From Hypanus sabinus (lineage: Eukaryota): a DNA stretch of 64,000 bases. Shown in pieces: positions 36,403 through 48,299 of this stretch. Every line of letters begins with the position of its first letter. The first letter of the stretch is position 1. A model generated the notes under the pieces. The model ran no database searches, had not been told where the DNA came from, and saw only the letters and a list, made by a program, of their open reading frames with translations. The position numbers and the translations under genes were made by a program. Location of the stretch: the NCBI RefSeq assembly GCF_030144855.1, contig NW_026778903.1, positions 434,001 to 498,000 on the forward strand. The letters run 5' to 3'.

Positions 36403-37233
36403 CTGTAACATAGTGAGGGAGGGAGAATGGTGAGGGAGTGTCTGTATCTCAGAGAGGGAGGGAGTGTAGTGAGGTAGCGTCGTAACACATGGAGCGTTGG
36501 AGAGGGTAGTGAAGGACTGTCTGTTCACAGGGGAGAGGATAGGAGTGCAGAGAGTAAACGTGGAGTGATATCAAACTGTAAGGAAAGAGTTAAACATTAT
36601 TCGTTCTTGGTATGTGCTAAAATAAAAAAGGAATTCTGTCAGACAACATGGTGTTAACCCGGAGTGGAACTGATTTGAGAAGGTTGAATGTGTACAAGTC
36701 TCCAGCCTGGAGAGTAGATCATGCTGAATTCAAGTTTGTGTCGGGAAGGCGAGGCCTTTGTCCAGGTACCAAATAGAGTTCTGGGGTAAGAGTTATGTTA
36801 GAGTTTTAAAGGGATATTGAAGAGTATTAATACGGGTAAATCTGTGTGTAAATGGGGAGATTTTTCCATCAGACCACGTTATGACCAGTGATAACGGTAA
36901 GAGTTGGGGAAGATAGCGGTGAGGGAGCGTCTGTAACCGGTGAGGGAGCGGAGCGGGGCAGAGAGTGACCAGGATGCAGTGTCCAGAACAGCTCGAAGTC
37001 AGGCAACCTCTGCCCAATTTCAACCAGTTCCTCTGCCGACGACCCATGACCTTTCCCGAATCCATGACATTCCTCTGTCAACAACACGCGCCCCTTCTCC
37101 TTCACCCCTACATTGACATCCTAACTCATTCACCCGAAAACGACGGAATTTCTTCCCAACACTCGGCCCCTTCATGCGTACTATCACTCAATGGGGAACG
37201 GGGCCCCACAGACACAGACTCTTTCTGTCATTT

Positions 37234-37367
37234 NNNNNNNNNNNNNNNNNNNNNNNNNNNNNNNNNNNNNNNNNNNNNNNNNNNNNNNNNNNNNNNNNNN
37301 NNNNNNNNNNNNNNNNNNNNNNNNNNNNNNNNNNNNNNNNNNNNNNNNNNNNNNNNNNNNNNNNNNN
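37234..37367. other. Assembly gap (134 N) in the leader-to-V11 intron
   Basis: Run of N. Confidence 1.
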
Positions 37368-37376
37368 AGTTCTTAC

Positions 37377-37419
37377 CCAGTAGCAGGAGCAAGATCAGTT
37401 TCCGAAGCTGCGCCCTCAT
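37377..37419 (-). CDS. Multi-V receptor leader exon MRAQLRKLILLLLL
   Basis: ggcgATGA start, 43 nt, G|gtaaga phase-1 donor compatible with every V exon; basic-then-hydrophobic signal peptide. Confidence 0.85.
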
Positions 37420-37744
37420 CGCCCAGTCAAAGTATTTTCAATGAATACAGCTCTGAGGGCGCAAAAAGAAACTTAGCACAGTTTTTGCCGGGCCGAAGGG
37501 ACGCAATACCTTGCTGTAGTGAAATGCTCTGTATGGACGTGCAGAACAAAGTTTTTCACTGTGACAATAATAAACCAAGTTACCAGGTACATATTTCAAC
37601 GACAATATGCACACGTTGTCTCATTCAGGGAGCTGCGGACACAGCCCAAATACTGGCAAATTCTGCCCAGTACCCGTCCCCAACTCTCCCCGTGACCCCC
37701 CACCCAAACCTTCCATCCATAGCCATGACATTACACTCACCCCC

Positions 37745-37977
37745 TGTGGGGAACTACATGTACCTGTCTGGACATGCCCCCCTGCTGACTGCTTCTGTGG
37801 CTCCTCCCACTGACCGTGTCTCCTCCCACAGACCCCGGTATAAAGGCGATTGGGGCCTGAGCCCTGCCCTCAGTCTCCAGGATGTAGTGTGGTGGTCAAT
37901 TGCTGCTTGTTCTTTCTTCCAGTCAATAAAAGCCTATATCTCGCCTCACGTGTCAGAGAGTTATTGATGGTGCATCA
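37745..37977 (+). mobile_element. Solo LTR (233 bp) upstream of the leader exon
   Basis: TG...CA ends, 5-bp TSD CCCCC, internal TATAAA and AATAAA. Confidence 0.8.
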
Positions 37978-38149
37978 CCCCCATACACGCCAGCTCCATT
38001 TACCACACAGTCCTCCCAGCTCCCTCTTCCCTTCACACCTCCACCATTTCATCCCTATCCGTTCATACACACACCCTCTCTCTAACTGCGTCCAATGGGC
38101 TAGTCTCAATACGACAAGTTAAAGTCAAGGCAGTAAATAGGAAACCGAT

Positions 38150-38470
38150 ATCGCTGACATTGACGTTCAGTGTGCGTCTTCACGCTTCTGTACCTTCTTC
38201 ATCGTGGCGGCAATGAGAACTAGGCTTCAGCTTAATGTAGAGGGAGTAGAGCAGTGGGTTAAGCACACATCCCAGAGGGGCGCCGGTGTTGTCAGCGAAG
38301 TGGAGATGTTATTTCCGATCCACACAGACTGTGGTCTCCAGCTTGGTAAGTCGAGGATCCAATTGCAGAGGGAGGTACAAAGGCCCCGGTTCTGGAGCTT
38401 TTTGCTCAGAACTGAGGAAAGATTGTATTCAATGCTGAGCTGTGGTCAATAAACAGCACCCTGTCATGGC
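38150..38470 (-). mobile_element. Rex1/Babar-like LINE fragment
   Basis: Similar to 11300-11460 (gtggttaagcacacatccc, cagagggaggtaca). Confidence 0.6.
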
Positions 38471-39339
38471 TATTTTTATTGTCCACGTGATCTGAGGCCG
38501 TGTGAAGAGTCTTTGAGATCGCATCCTCCGTAGACCTTCCTTAACCTGTCCCTTTCCAATCTACGTTTCTCTTCTCTCTCTTTCTTTCTCTCATTTTTCT
38601 GCCCCCTGTTCTTCTGTTTCGTTTCCCATCCCGGGCTTTCTCCCTCCTAATACCCCAAGATATTTTTCCAGCCCACACTCCCTCCTTATGTCTCTCCCTC
38701 ACTATTCCTCACCCCATTCCCCCTCCTCTTCACTTGTCTCCTCCTCACACTGCCCCTCTCTGCTCCCTCGTTTTCCCTGAAACCCCCACTCACTGCTCAC
38801 ATCCCCCACCTCCGCCTGGTATCATGTACATCACATCCTATTCACTTCTTGTTCCGCTTTCCCCTGTTTCGCTGTAACTAATTCACTGACCTCACTGGCA
38901 GGCCAGTTCCGTACCGCTGTAACTGTGTGTGGTACGGACTCTGACAAAACTCCCACCCGATTTGCTTCACCGCTACCGGGGTCTCACCGGCGCTTATTGA
39001 TCCCGGGCAGCGGCAGGTGGCTGGCCAATTATACAAACGGGAACTGGATCCTCTTTCTGGACCAGTTACCTCACTGGTCGTGCGATCCCTCACTTGCCCT
39101 ATCTCCTCACCGCCCCTCCCGCAGTGGTTCATCAGCCGAGGACTTCAAACTGATTTCCACCGAGAATCGCTATCTTTGTGCTTCAGATGAGGGAGACAAG
39201 AAACAGAGAGAGCGGAAGAACAAGAGCGAGAGTTATGAGGAGAAAGAGGGAGGGAGATGGGGACATGGAGATGTGGGGAGACAGAAAGAAGTGGTTAGGG
39301 TTAATGGAGACAGAGAGACAAGCAGATACTCATAGAACT

Positions 39340-39750
39340 CCAGGCCGCCATCACCTCCTCACCTGCCCCCTTCTCATAGGCTGGCCACTGAGTTCAGTCA
39401 CCGCCTCCGACCTGTTGCTCCCTTCCCCTCCAGGCGCGCTCTCCTCTTCGTTTGGGAGCAGCCGATCCCATTGTAACCGCTTCCCCGTTGGGGTCGAGCG
39501 CTGGCGCTCCGGACGCCCGACACGAGAGGAGCAGCGGCAGCGAAAGTCAGTTCTCTGTCACGTCTGACTTCCAGTCCGGGGGCCGGACTGAATCTGACCA
39601 TCCGGAAACTCATAACACTGTTCCATCGGAAGTGGGGGGCGGGTGGAATGGCCGCCCTGAGGCGGACCGAGGGAGCAGCCTTGAAGAGGCAAAGTCACGG
39701 AATGAGCGGCAAGCAGTGAGAAAGGGACGGGGCACAACGGACACGGCTTC
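39340..39750. promoter_or_regulatory. CpG-rich island, possible promoter or first exon
   Basis: Locally high GC and CpG content; no recognisable ORF. Confidence 0.35.
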
Positions 39751-40048
39751 CCTTTCATCTACCCTCTTCCCCCAATTCCTCATCGCTCCAAAGCCTTCCT
39801 TTACCCCTCCCGACTTCTTCCACCCTCCCCATTCTACCCCACCCACACAGAAAATGGTGCGAGAAACACAAAACATCCAGTAAATGGCGGTTCTGTTGGA
39901 GAAATCGCCTTGTTAATGAGAGGGCAGACTGGTTCATGCTGACGGGTTGGGGACAGTAACTCAGATCATCACGCGATACAACAGTGTGTGCTAAATGCCC
40001 AGCACATGGAAACTTGCAGCGGGTGATGCAGGTCACGAGCAGACAGTC

Positions 40049-40095
40049 AGCGGCCACTTTATTAGGTACAGGGGGTTCCTGATAAAGTGGCCGCT
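40049..40095. mobile_element. Tiny Tc1-like palindromic MITE remnant
   Basis: agcggccactttat / ataaagtggccgct inverted repeat. Confidence 0.55.
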
Positions 40096-40640
40096 CGTCG
40101 TTAGCGGTAATGGTGCTCTGGTTCAGACTACTGGATTGACCAAATGATACGAAATTTGTTTAATATACATTTTATTGTGAATAAGGTTTATTTTTTGAAA
40201 TTAAATTCGTTACAGTCAGCTGGATAATTGGAGTTTGAAACAAGGCCAAATATTAAAGTGTGAACTGTGAAGTGTTGCAGACAGGGTCACCTAGCAGTAG
40301 AGGAATGTAACTCACTAACAGTGGTCACAGAGATAAACGGGGCGGTGAAAAAGGTGTTTGGCCCACCGGCCATGATGTGTCAGGGAACTGAGTACAGGAG
40401 TTGGGACGTCATGCTACAGTTGTACAAGAGATTGCTGAGACCGTACTGGGAGAACTGTGTGAGTTCTGGTGACCAAGCAATAGGAAGGATATTATTAATG
40501 ATTATTAATTATTAATGATGCAGGAAAGATTCATGAGTATGTTACCGGGAGTGGGAGGGTTTGACAGAATGGGAGTGTTTTCTTTGGAGCAAAGAGGGCT
40601 GGAGGGTGTTTTTTTTTAAATAATGAGGAATGGTTCAAAG

Positions 40641-40991
40641 CAGGGGTGTCAAACTCACGGGCCGGATTGAGCAAAATGCAGCTTCATGCGGGCCGGATCA
40701 GTCGGACGCGTGCGAACGCAGCTTTCGCTGCCTCCGTTTTTTCAGCCTGTTCTCATGTGTCTCAGTCTCTGCTGTAACTACAAAGAGTTTCACTTCACAA
40801 ATTCCGTTTCTTATGAAGAAGACTGCTGAACAAGCATTATTTTTATGATTGGTATTAACACAATCATAGGCTTCATATCGCCGGGCCATTAATAATTAAA
40901 ATAATAGATCTATCTAAAATGATTTCGCGGGCCGGATATAATTGTACGCCGGCCCGGATATGGCCCGCGGGCCTTGAGTTTGACATCACTG
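40641..40991. mobile_element. hAT-like non-autonomous DNA element
   Basis: TIRs caggggtgtcaaactca / tgagtttgacatcactg; no 8-bp TSD seen. Confidence 0.65.
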
Positions 40992-41569
40992 GAAAGGGAC
41001 GTGGGCCCAAGGCAGTGAAACAGGACCAACCCAAGTACACAACTCAGTCGACTTAGATACATCGGGCCGACGGGCCTGTTCTCTGCTCTGTATAGTCTCG
41101 GACCTTTACTGTACCTGGTCTCTCAAGCTTATTGAACAGCTCCTGTGATTCTTCAGTAAACATCTGATCTCCCTGGCCAGTCACCGGTACAGATCGGGAA
41201 CAGCTGGGGACGACTCTGGGCACTGACTCTAGGAAACGCGTAGAGTTCACATCCCTGTCCCTCTGAGGTGGAGAGAGTTGAGAGCTTCAGGTTCCCAGGA
41301 GTGAACATCACCACTTGTCCTGGTGGAACCAGAGAGACGCTGTGGCCAGGAAGGATGCCACTGTCTGTCTCCTTCCAAGGCGAGGCATCGCCATTGCGTA
41401 GCGGCCAGCTCGGGGCGTCGGACTTCAGAGTTGAATTTCAACGTGGTCTGTAAGCCGTTACACAGATGTAGGTTAATAGGTCACTATAAATTGTCCTGTC
41501 AGTCGGCGATGGTCTCGTTGGATAGTTTCTGTGTCGTATCTCGAAATAAATAAAAAAAAACAAAATTTC

Positions 41570-41990
41570 CCCCTCGCTGCCTTCCTATCTCTGCCATTCT
41601 TTCCCCGAACTCCTTTCTGACCCCTCTCACCTTACCTGTCCCTCTACCCTCTTGCCCTTTCCCACTCTCCCTTCGCCCTCCTAGCCCTTTCACCCTCTGT
41701 CCTCCTGCCCCTTCCCCCCCCGTTGTCCTGCCCCTTCCCCGTCCATTCTCCTGCTGTTTCCCCCGCTCAGTTTGCCCCTCTGCCTTTTCCCACCCTCCTG
41801 CCCCTTTACCCCCTCCCTTCGCTCTCCTACCCCTTTTACCCCCTCTGTCCTGCCCCCTTTCCCCCTCTCCCTCCTGCCCTTCCCCCTCCCGCCTCTGCCT
41901 ATGCATTCGTTGCTATGCTTCGTAATGCCTCCGCTTCTCCCCTCTCCCTCATTCCGTCCCTCCCTGACCACCCCTCTCTCTCTCGTGTTC
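41570..41990. repeat. Pyrimidine-rich low-complexity tract
   Basis: C/T-dominated sequence of about 400 bp. Confidence 0.85.
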
Positions 41991-43307
41991 TTTTCTGATG
42001 CAAATGAGACTCTGTACACGTATGGCATCGGCCGGTGGTTTAGTGACGTCAGCACCGGACATTAGCCCCAAAAGGTATCTGAATTCGGCCAGCTCTTTCC
42101 ACCCTGTCTATCCGTGTTGCGTTGAGCTTCGAGTTGGCAACTCGAACTCGGAAAAAAAGACAATCGCTTCGGGAACAGCAATGAATATCACCCGACGCAA
42201 AAAGAAACAACAAATTGTTAGTTCTATAAAACATGTAAAGCATTACAGAAATACTTTTCATCCACTGTATGAGCTGATCCACAGAATGACGACAAACTTT
42301 TTTTCTCTCTCCTTCTCCCTGTAATTACACCTTTTATATCGCCTGGAAAATCCGTCACCCTAGCGCTTTCTCATGCATTAGGTACCTGCACCTGCCTAAT
42401 GATCTCCCCTTCTCCAGACAAGCATGTTATTCACCACTATGGCTGTAGATTTGTCCTCCTTAACTTTTCTCAAACTGTGGACTGATTCTTTTACACTTTC
42501 TCAAAACACTGCAAGCTAACACCAGTCTTCCACTCTATTTTAGCGTATAGGAAGGAAGAAACACATTTAACTTTTTTTTTTCTTTTCCATGTTATGAATT
42601 GAACTAAAATCACTTCCATATCTTAGTCAAGTTTTTAATGAGAACTGTCAACCCCCATAGCTTGTAGTGCAGCCTGCATTTGCTTTCTTTCAACCTTGTA
42701 ATCTTCACATCGTAAAAGAATGTCTTCAGCCATTTCAACACCTACTCACCCCAGAGTGATGTTTTGCAACACATGTTTTGAATATATTTTGCAACAAAAT
42801 ATATGAGGAATAATTAAGCATAGTGTACTCAATTCTAAGTCGAGCCAATATAATTCCTTCCCTTCTTGTCTTACCTTCTCCTGTCGATCCAACAGTTTAA
42901 TGTATTCTATAAACGTGTCTCTCCTTATACCCATTATCCCACAAGTCTTGCCATCATCCCCTGAATCTTATCCTCACTAACCCCATGGCTTCTGATTTGC
43001 TTCGTGGAAGGACATGAACTTTTAACAGCTCTTTTGGACAAACAAACAACTCGCTTATTCCCCTCAACACCTCTCTGTGCAGGGACCCATAAGAAGAGAC
43101 ATGTAGACCAAAACTTTAAAGGTGAAATAAAGCTTGAAGAGCTTCCAGCAGTAAATCTGACCTACTGCTAGAATAAACTGCTTTAAAACTAGCCAAAACA
43201 GAAGAAGAATATTAAAAAAAATACAACTTTGTAAGGACATATATTTCCTCCACTCACTGTAAGCCTAAATCGATTGCAACCAGTTCTGTAGTATACGCTG
43301 ATATATA

Positions 43308-44514
43308 CCGTAAATTCCGGTGTATGAGCCGAGAATTTGACCCTAAATTTTACACCGAGGGTTCCAACTTTGAAAAACCGAATACACGGAAGACAGGTCG
43401 TATTTATTGGCTGTTTTTGAGTCAAATTGGTTCCACTGTCGACGCATCAATTCTTTGACGTGTTTAAACTCACATCTCGTGGCTTGAGCACGGATGTCAA
43501 ACCACCGGGGATGACTGCAATGTCCGTATTTTCAGCTTTCAGTGCTGCTTTTGTCTCACCTGACAAGTGCACTTTGAACGCGTCCCTGACATTAGCGACT
43601 TTTCCTTCCTGACACATTCGGGACATCGACGCCACACCTCTTTAACCCACGTCAAGCAACCGGCTTCGTCCATCCAGCACCGTTCTTGAACGTAAACAAC
43701 ACCCGGCGGGAATTTTCTGAGCAATCTTTGTTTTTTTGTCTCAACCCAAGATCACGTCTATTCATAAATCGGGTGCACCAACTTGGCGTAGCTTTGAAAT
43801 TTTCGCTGACCTCACGGTGTTTTCCAGGCCATTTCAACGCTTGAACTCGAATCATTTCTCTAGTAACAATGTATCCCGACAATCGTTGGTGATTCATCCA
43901 CTCTACAACTTTTTCTTCCAGTTCTGGCCACTGGCATGTTGTCCCGCAGTTTGCACATTTCGTCCTTGGCATTTCCCTCAGCGTGTCCTCTGCCTTTCTC
44001 CACTCTCTCACTCTCTCGTTTACACTGAACTTATTAGCAGCTGCAGAATTAATCGTTCCTCTACCAAAATCAACAACATTCAGCTTGAAGCCAGCATCAT
44101 ATCGCATTTGTTTTAATCTTTTGTACATGGCGGTTGCATACTCAATACTGAGTACACGTACTGATCCTGCCACCCCGTGTTATGTTTTAACGAGATTACG
44201 ATGGGCGCTAAATGGTTTCGCAGGGGTTACGTTGGAAACCTAATCCAAAATTTCCCTCCCTGATTTATTTATTAAGAATTCGCCTATAACGCTCTACAAT
44301 GTGTAGGGCTGTTTTCTTAGCAGGCACTGGTTCACAAAATTTCCAGGGTCCGGTTCCGGCAAAGCTGAGTACCGGCATGTGAGATTTTATGATCGTTTCT
44401 AGTTAAATCAAAAACTTCTACAAAAGGGGTCGTCTTATACAAAGGTAACATGAAAAAGGTCGCTTTTTTAAACTTGGAAATGGGGAGGGTCGGCTTATAC
44501 TCCGGAATATACGG
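43308..44514 (-). mobile_element. Internally deleted pogo/Tigger-family (POGK-like) DNA transposon
   Basis: TIRs ccgtaaattccggtgtatgagccg / cggcttatactccggaatatacgg, TA TSDs; ORF 43652-44173 encodes Brinker-like DBD plus CENP-B HTH; DDE pieces DAFKVH and IPGGLTS. Confidence 0.9.
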
Positions 44515-44765
44515 TAAGGCATTTCGGATCATTTCAGTTAGTCAAGATGAAGGGTAGCGGGGGTGGGGGACGATTGCTGTGTGTGAGAGAGAGACTCGTT
44601 CCCCAGTTAGGGTGAGGTATGGAGATGGGAGACTCGACCCGAATGAGGGTCCTGTGACGAATCCCGCCCGCCTGCGGAGCTGTTGTTTTGATACAGCTCC
44701 GCTCGCTGTTCAATCTCGGAATTACAGCGGCTTCACCCTTTGCGTTGGAACAGGAACGGCGGAAG

Positions 44766-44864
44766 ATGTCTCCCAGCCGAGGGAAGAAGCAGCTGGATCC
44801 AAACCCGTCCCCGGACATTAGCTGCGCTCAAGCGGGACGAGTACACAGTATCACCCCACTACAG
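44766..44864 (+). CDS. Candidate first coding exon in a CpG island (MSPSRGKKQLDPNPSPDISCAQAGRVHSITPLQ)
   Basis: ggcggaagATG context, cag|gtacgt donor in phase 0; no downstream exons identified. Confidence 0.35.
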
Positions 44865-45429
44865 GTACGTGACCCGGAATCGAAGGGGGGTGGGTTTGGG
44901 AAAAATTCAGAGGGTGGAACCCGGGAATCGTACGATCAGTGGCGAGCAGCGGGAGGTGAACTTGGACCGGGCCAGGCCGGCATTTTGAGTGGACCGAATC
45001 AGGGGTAGAATCACCCGTCAGCAAGGCGGGACCCCAGGGGTGTATTACCCCGGAGCTGAGAAAGTATGAGGCGCAGAGTTTTTGCCTGTTGCCTGCGGAT
45101 CAGAATCAGCTTTCTTTATAAAAGGTGAAATTTGCGGTTTTGCAGAACAGGCTTAAAATCTCTAAATAACAATGCAGAACAAGGCGTTGACAGTTCGCGC
45201 GTCTATTCGGCGTCTCCTTTCTCTCCGCCCCTATGGGATCTTTCCTTCACCCCGTCCGTTGGGGAAGCGTCGTTTGACCGAGAAAAGAGGAACCAAAACT
45301 GCACAGGAGTGTAACCGCGGCCTGACCAACGTCATCTGGACACTGCATTACCACCTCCCAACTCCTGTCCTCAGAGCGCGAGCCAAGTTCTTCCTTCGCC
45401 ACCCTGTCTACGTGTGGCGCCGCGTTCAG

Positions 45430-46250
45430 TGAACTAGACTCGTACTGGAGTTCCCTCTATTCCACTGCACTCCCCGGGGACCCTACCTTTCACTCTACAA
45501 GTACTACCCTTGTCTGATCTCCCAAATTGCTACCTTGCATTATCTGGATTTAAATCCATTTGCCAATGCTCAGTCCACAACATCCTGCTCCCCTGTAAAT
45601 ACTCAATAACCTGAGTACAGAATCTGGTTCGATATCGTCTGCAAAGGTCTAGTCACTTGTGTCCTACTTCACATCCAAGTTATTTATATGACTGAGAGAC
45701 GGCAAAGGACCCAGCACAAACCCCTGTGTATTCCACTAGGCACAGACCCCAGTTCCCCAATCAACCATCGACCATCACACACTGCTTCCTACCACTGAGC
45801 CAGTTCTCAATCCAGTCCACTATACCTCCTGGATTCCATAAGGTGTAGGAGTGTGTTAGGCCTCTTGGCCCTTCATTATCGGAACCCTCTTCTGAACCTT
45901 TCCAATGAGAGCACATCTTTTCTTTGATAAGAGGCCCAAAAATGCTCACAATACCCCAAGTGCAGTCTGACCAATGCCTTAGAATTTCTCAGCAGTCCAG
46001 CCTGGCTCTTATATTCTAGTACTCTCAAAGATGAATGCTAACATTGCCTTCCAACACACAGACGTAATCTATAGGGAATCCTGCATGATCCCCTAATTAC
46101 ACTGTTTCCTGATTTTTAAATGCTTACACCCTTATCTTTCTACCAAAGTCCATGAAAATACATCTCCATGCATTAAATTCCATCTGCCACTTCATTGCCC
46201 ATTCTCCCAATCTGTCCAAGTCCTTCTGCAGACTCCCAGACTTCCTAACT
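45430..46250 (-). mobile_element. CR1-type LINE fragments
   Basis: VDWIENWLSGRKQCVMVDG and related motifs. Confidence 0.7.
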
Positions 46251-47914
46251 TTGGAAGGTTATGTTTCCTAAGTTTACAAACTAAAATTAATATCCTGATG
46301 AAAGGTCCCAGGTGAAACCTTCAATGTTCACTGTTTACTCCCCTCCTTAGATGCTGCCTGACTTGTTGATTAGCCCAGCATTTTGTCTGTGTTGCTCTGA
46401 AGAACCTGTGTGTGTAAAATTAACAAGAAATTGTAAATGATAGCTGTTGTGTTTATTTTGTTTAAATGCAAGCATGCAAATTCATCTGCTTGGGTACGAG
46501 TGGTTTGGTGCTGGTGGGACAACATTCCAGTTAGTAAGCTCATTGAAAATGCTACTCCACTTCCCAACTCAAATCCTGCAAACCTTTCTATAACCTGAAA
46601 AAGCTTGATTCCTATGATGAGTACACTGAATAGCTCCAATACAGGCACTCCAACATGCCCCTCTCCCCAGCAGAGATCTGAACGACAACCCCCACCTTGC
46701 TCCCCCCGGGGTTTAAGGCAGCTACTGGAAACAACAGGATGGTCACAAATAGACTCAGAAGTCAACATGCTAAAACAGTGCAAACAGTACCCCTGGTCCA
46801 AACATGCTCTCTAACCAAGGTCCGAGACCAGCCGCAGTCCATCTTTGCAGCCAGGAGCTGAAGGAATGGCTTGACTAAAAATAATTAGAAGTATGAAGAG
46901 AAAAAACACCTGCCATATGAGATTACAAAGACTGCACTTAGCAATGAACCAAGCTGTGGTGGTGATGGGGGCCTTTACTTCCTCAGCAGGCAAAAGAAAT
47001 TTCCCCGTTGACCCTCACCAATGTATTATTAAGACACCACTGAAAACATCCTATACATACCTTTCACATTCGGTGTGGCTCTGTACAAGATCACATGAAA
47101 CTGTAGGGAGCTGTAGACACAGTTCTCCTTTCCCCCAGCCCCCACCATTCTGTTATTTCCACTTCCCTTTCAGTCCTGTGGAAGTCCCCAAACTTCAGCG
47201 GTTTATTCATTTCCACAGATGATGCCTGACTTGCTGACTTCCTTCAGCATTTTGTCAGCATTCCTCCAGATTTTCAGTATCTGCAGAATTGCTTGTTAAA
47301 GATTCCAGCCAGCCCAGACAGTCTCTTTCCATCCCCTCTCCTGTCAGTTAGAGACACAGAAATGTGACATCACGTACCACCAGACTCAAAGACAGCGTCT
47401 GCCCTTCTCTCTTCAGACTGTTGTGTGGTTCCTTAGTGCAGTAGATTGACTCGGTCTCATTATGATCGGCACCTTATCGTTTGCCTGCACTGCACTTGCT
47501 CTGTTCTGCTCCCTGTCATTAGTTTACCCTGTTCTATTATGGAATGATCTGATCTGTATGAACAGTGGGCAGGACAAGCTTTTCACTGTCTCGGTACACG
47601 TGACATAATGAACCAGTGCTGATTTCTAATATGATGAAGGCATTCAGGAACCTCTTAGAAACTCATGTGATTGGACAGAGAATGGAGGGATTTGAATCAT
47701 GTGTAGTCAGGAGGGTCCGTTCAGTTATGGGGTTCATTACTGGTTTAATTGATTTGACAAAGTATTTTGGGCCACAGTGCCTGTTTGTGTGCTGAACTGT
47801 TCTAAGTCTGGAAACCAGAGTCTTCCTCTAGTGGCACGGAGAGAATGTACATCAGAATGGTGGCAGTCTGGAGTATCAGACCCTCACGGTACTCCCTCTC
47901 CCACCGGCACTTAC

Positions 47915-48150
47915 CCGATGTGTTGTAGATCTCACAGTAGATGGTGCCAGGGATAACCTGGGTGTAGTTCAGGGTGAGACCAGCAGCTTCCACCCTGGCC
48001 TGGCTGGCGATCTGACAGTAGTGCCAGTATCCTGGAACATTTGGAGCTTGTGAAGCTCCAGGCTCTGCTCAGCAACTGGGAGCCAGGACATTGGGCAGGG
48101 ACTGGTGAGGGAGCAGGTGTTTGGAATGAAATTACAGGTGCCCTGATGAC
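47915..48150 (-). pseudogene. Third copy (C) of the six-Cys ectodomain exon, frameshifted
   Basis: Homologous splice sites but 236 nt rather than 246; C-terminal TLNYTQVIPGTIYCEIYNTS is out of frame; flanking intron matches gene B 57900-58390. Confidence 0.8.
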
Positions 48151-48299
48151 CTATCAGGAGAGGACCATTAAATGCTGCTGATATATTAACGCTGTCATCT
48201 CCAGGGTCATTCCTGTGAACCTCATCTGGACTGTGACAGATCGCCGTTTATTGGGTATTCGTAACAAAACAAAATCAGTTTAGTCCACTGTAAGGAAAG

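Larger units (their letters stand above)
20282..36930. repeat. Tandem array of about 1.5 kb units, each one V exon plus intron
   Basis: Exon-to-exon periods 1611, 1539, 2009, 1515, 1539, 1495, 1515, 1504, 1515 and 1519 bp. Confidence 0.95.

Noticed and set aside
20282-36930. Tandem array as CRISPR-like or satellite DNA
   Set aside because: Units are about 1.5 kb, exon-containing and eukaryotic, with no short repeat-spacer structure.
46550-47000. Possible downstream exons for the 44766 candidate first exon
   Set aside because: All frames have nearby stops and there is no convincing acceptor/donor pair.
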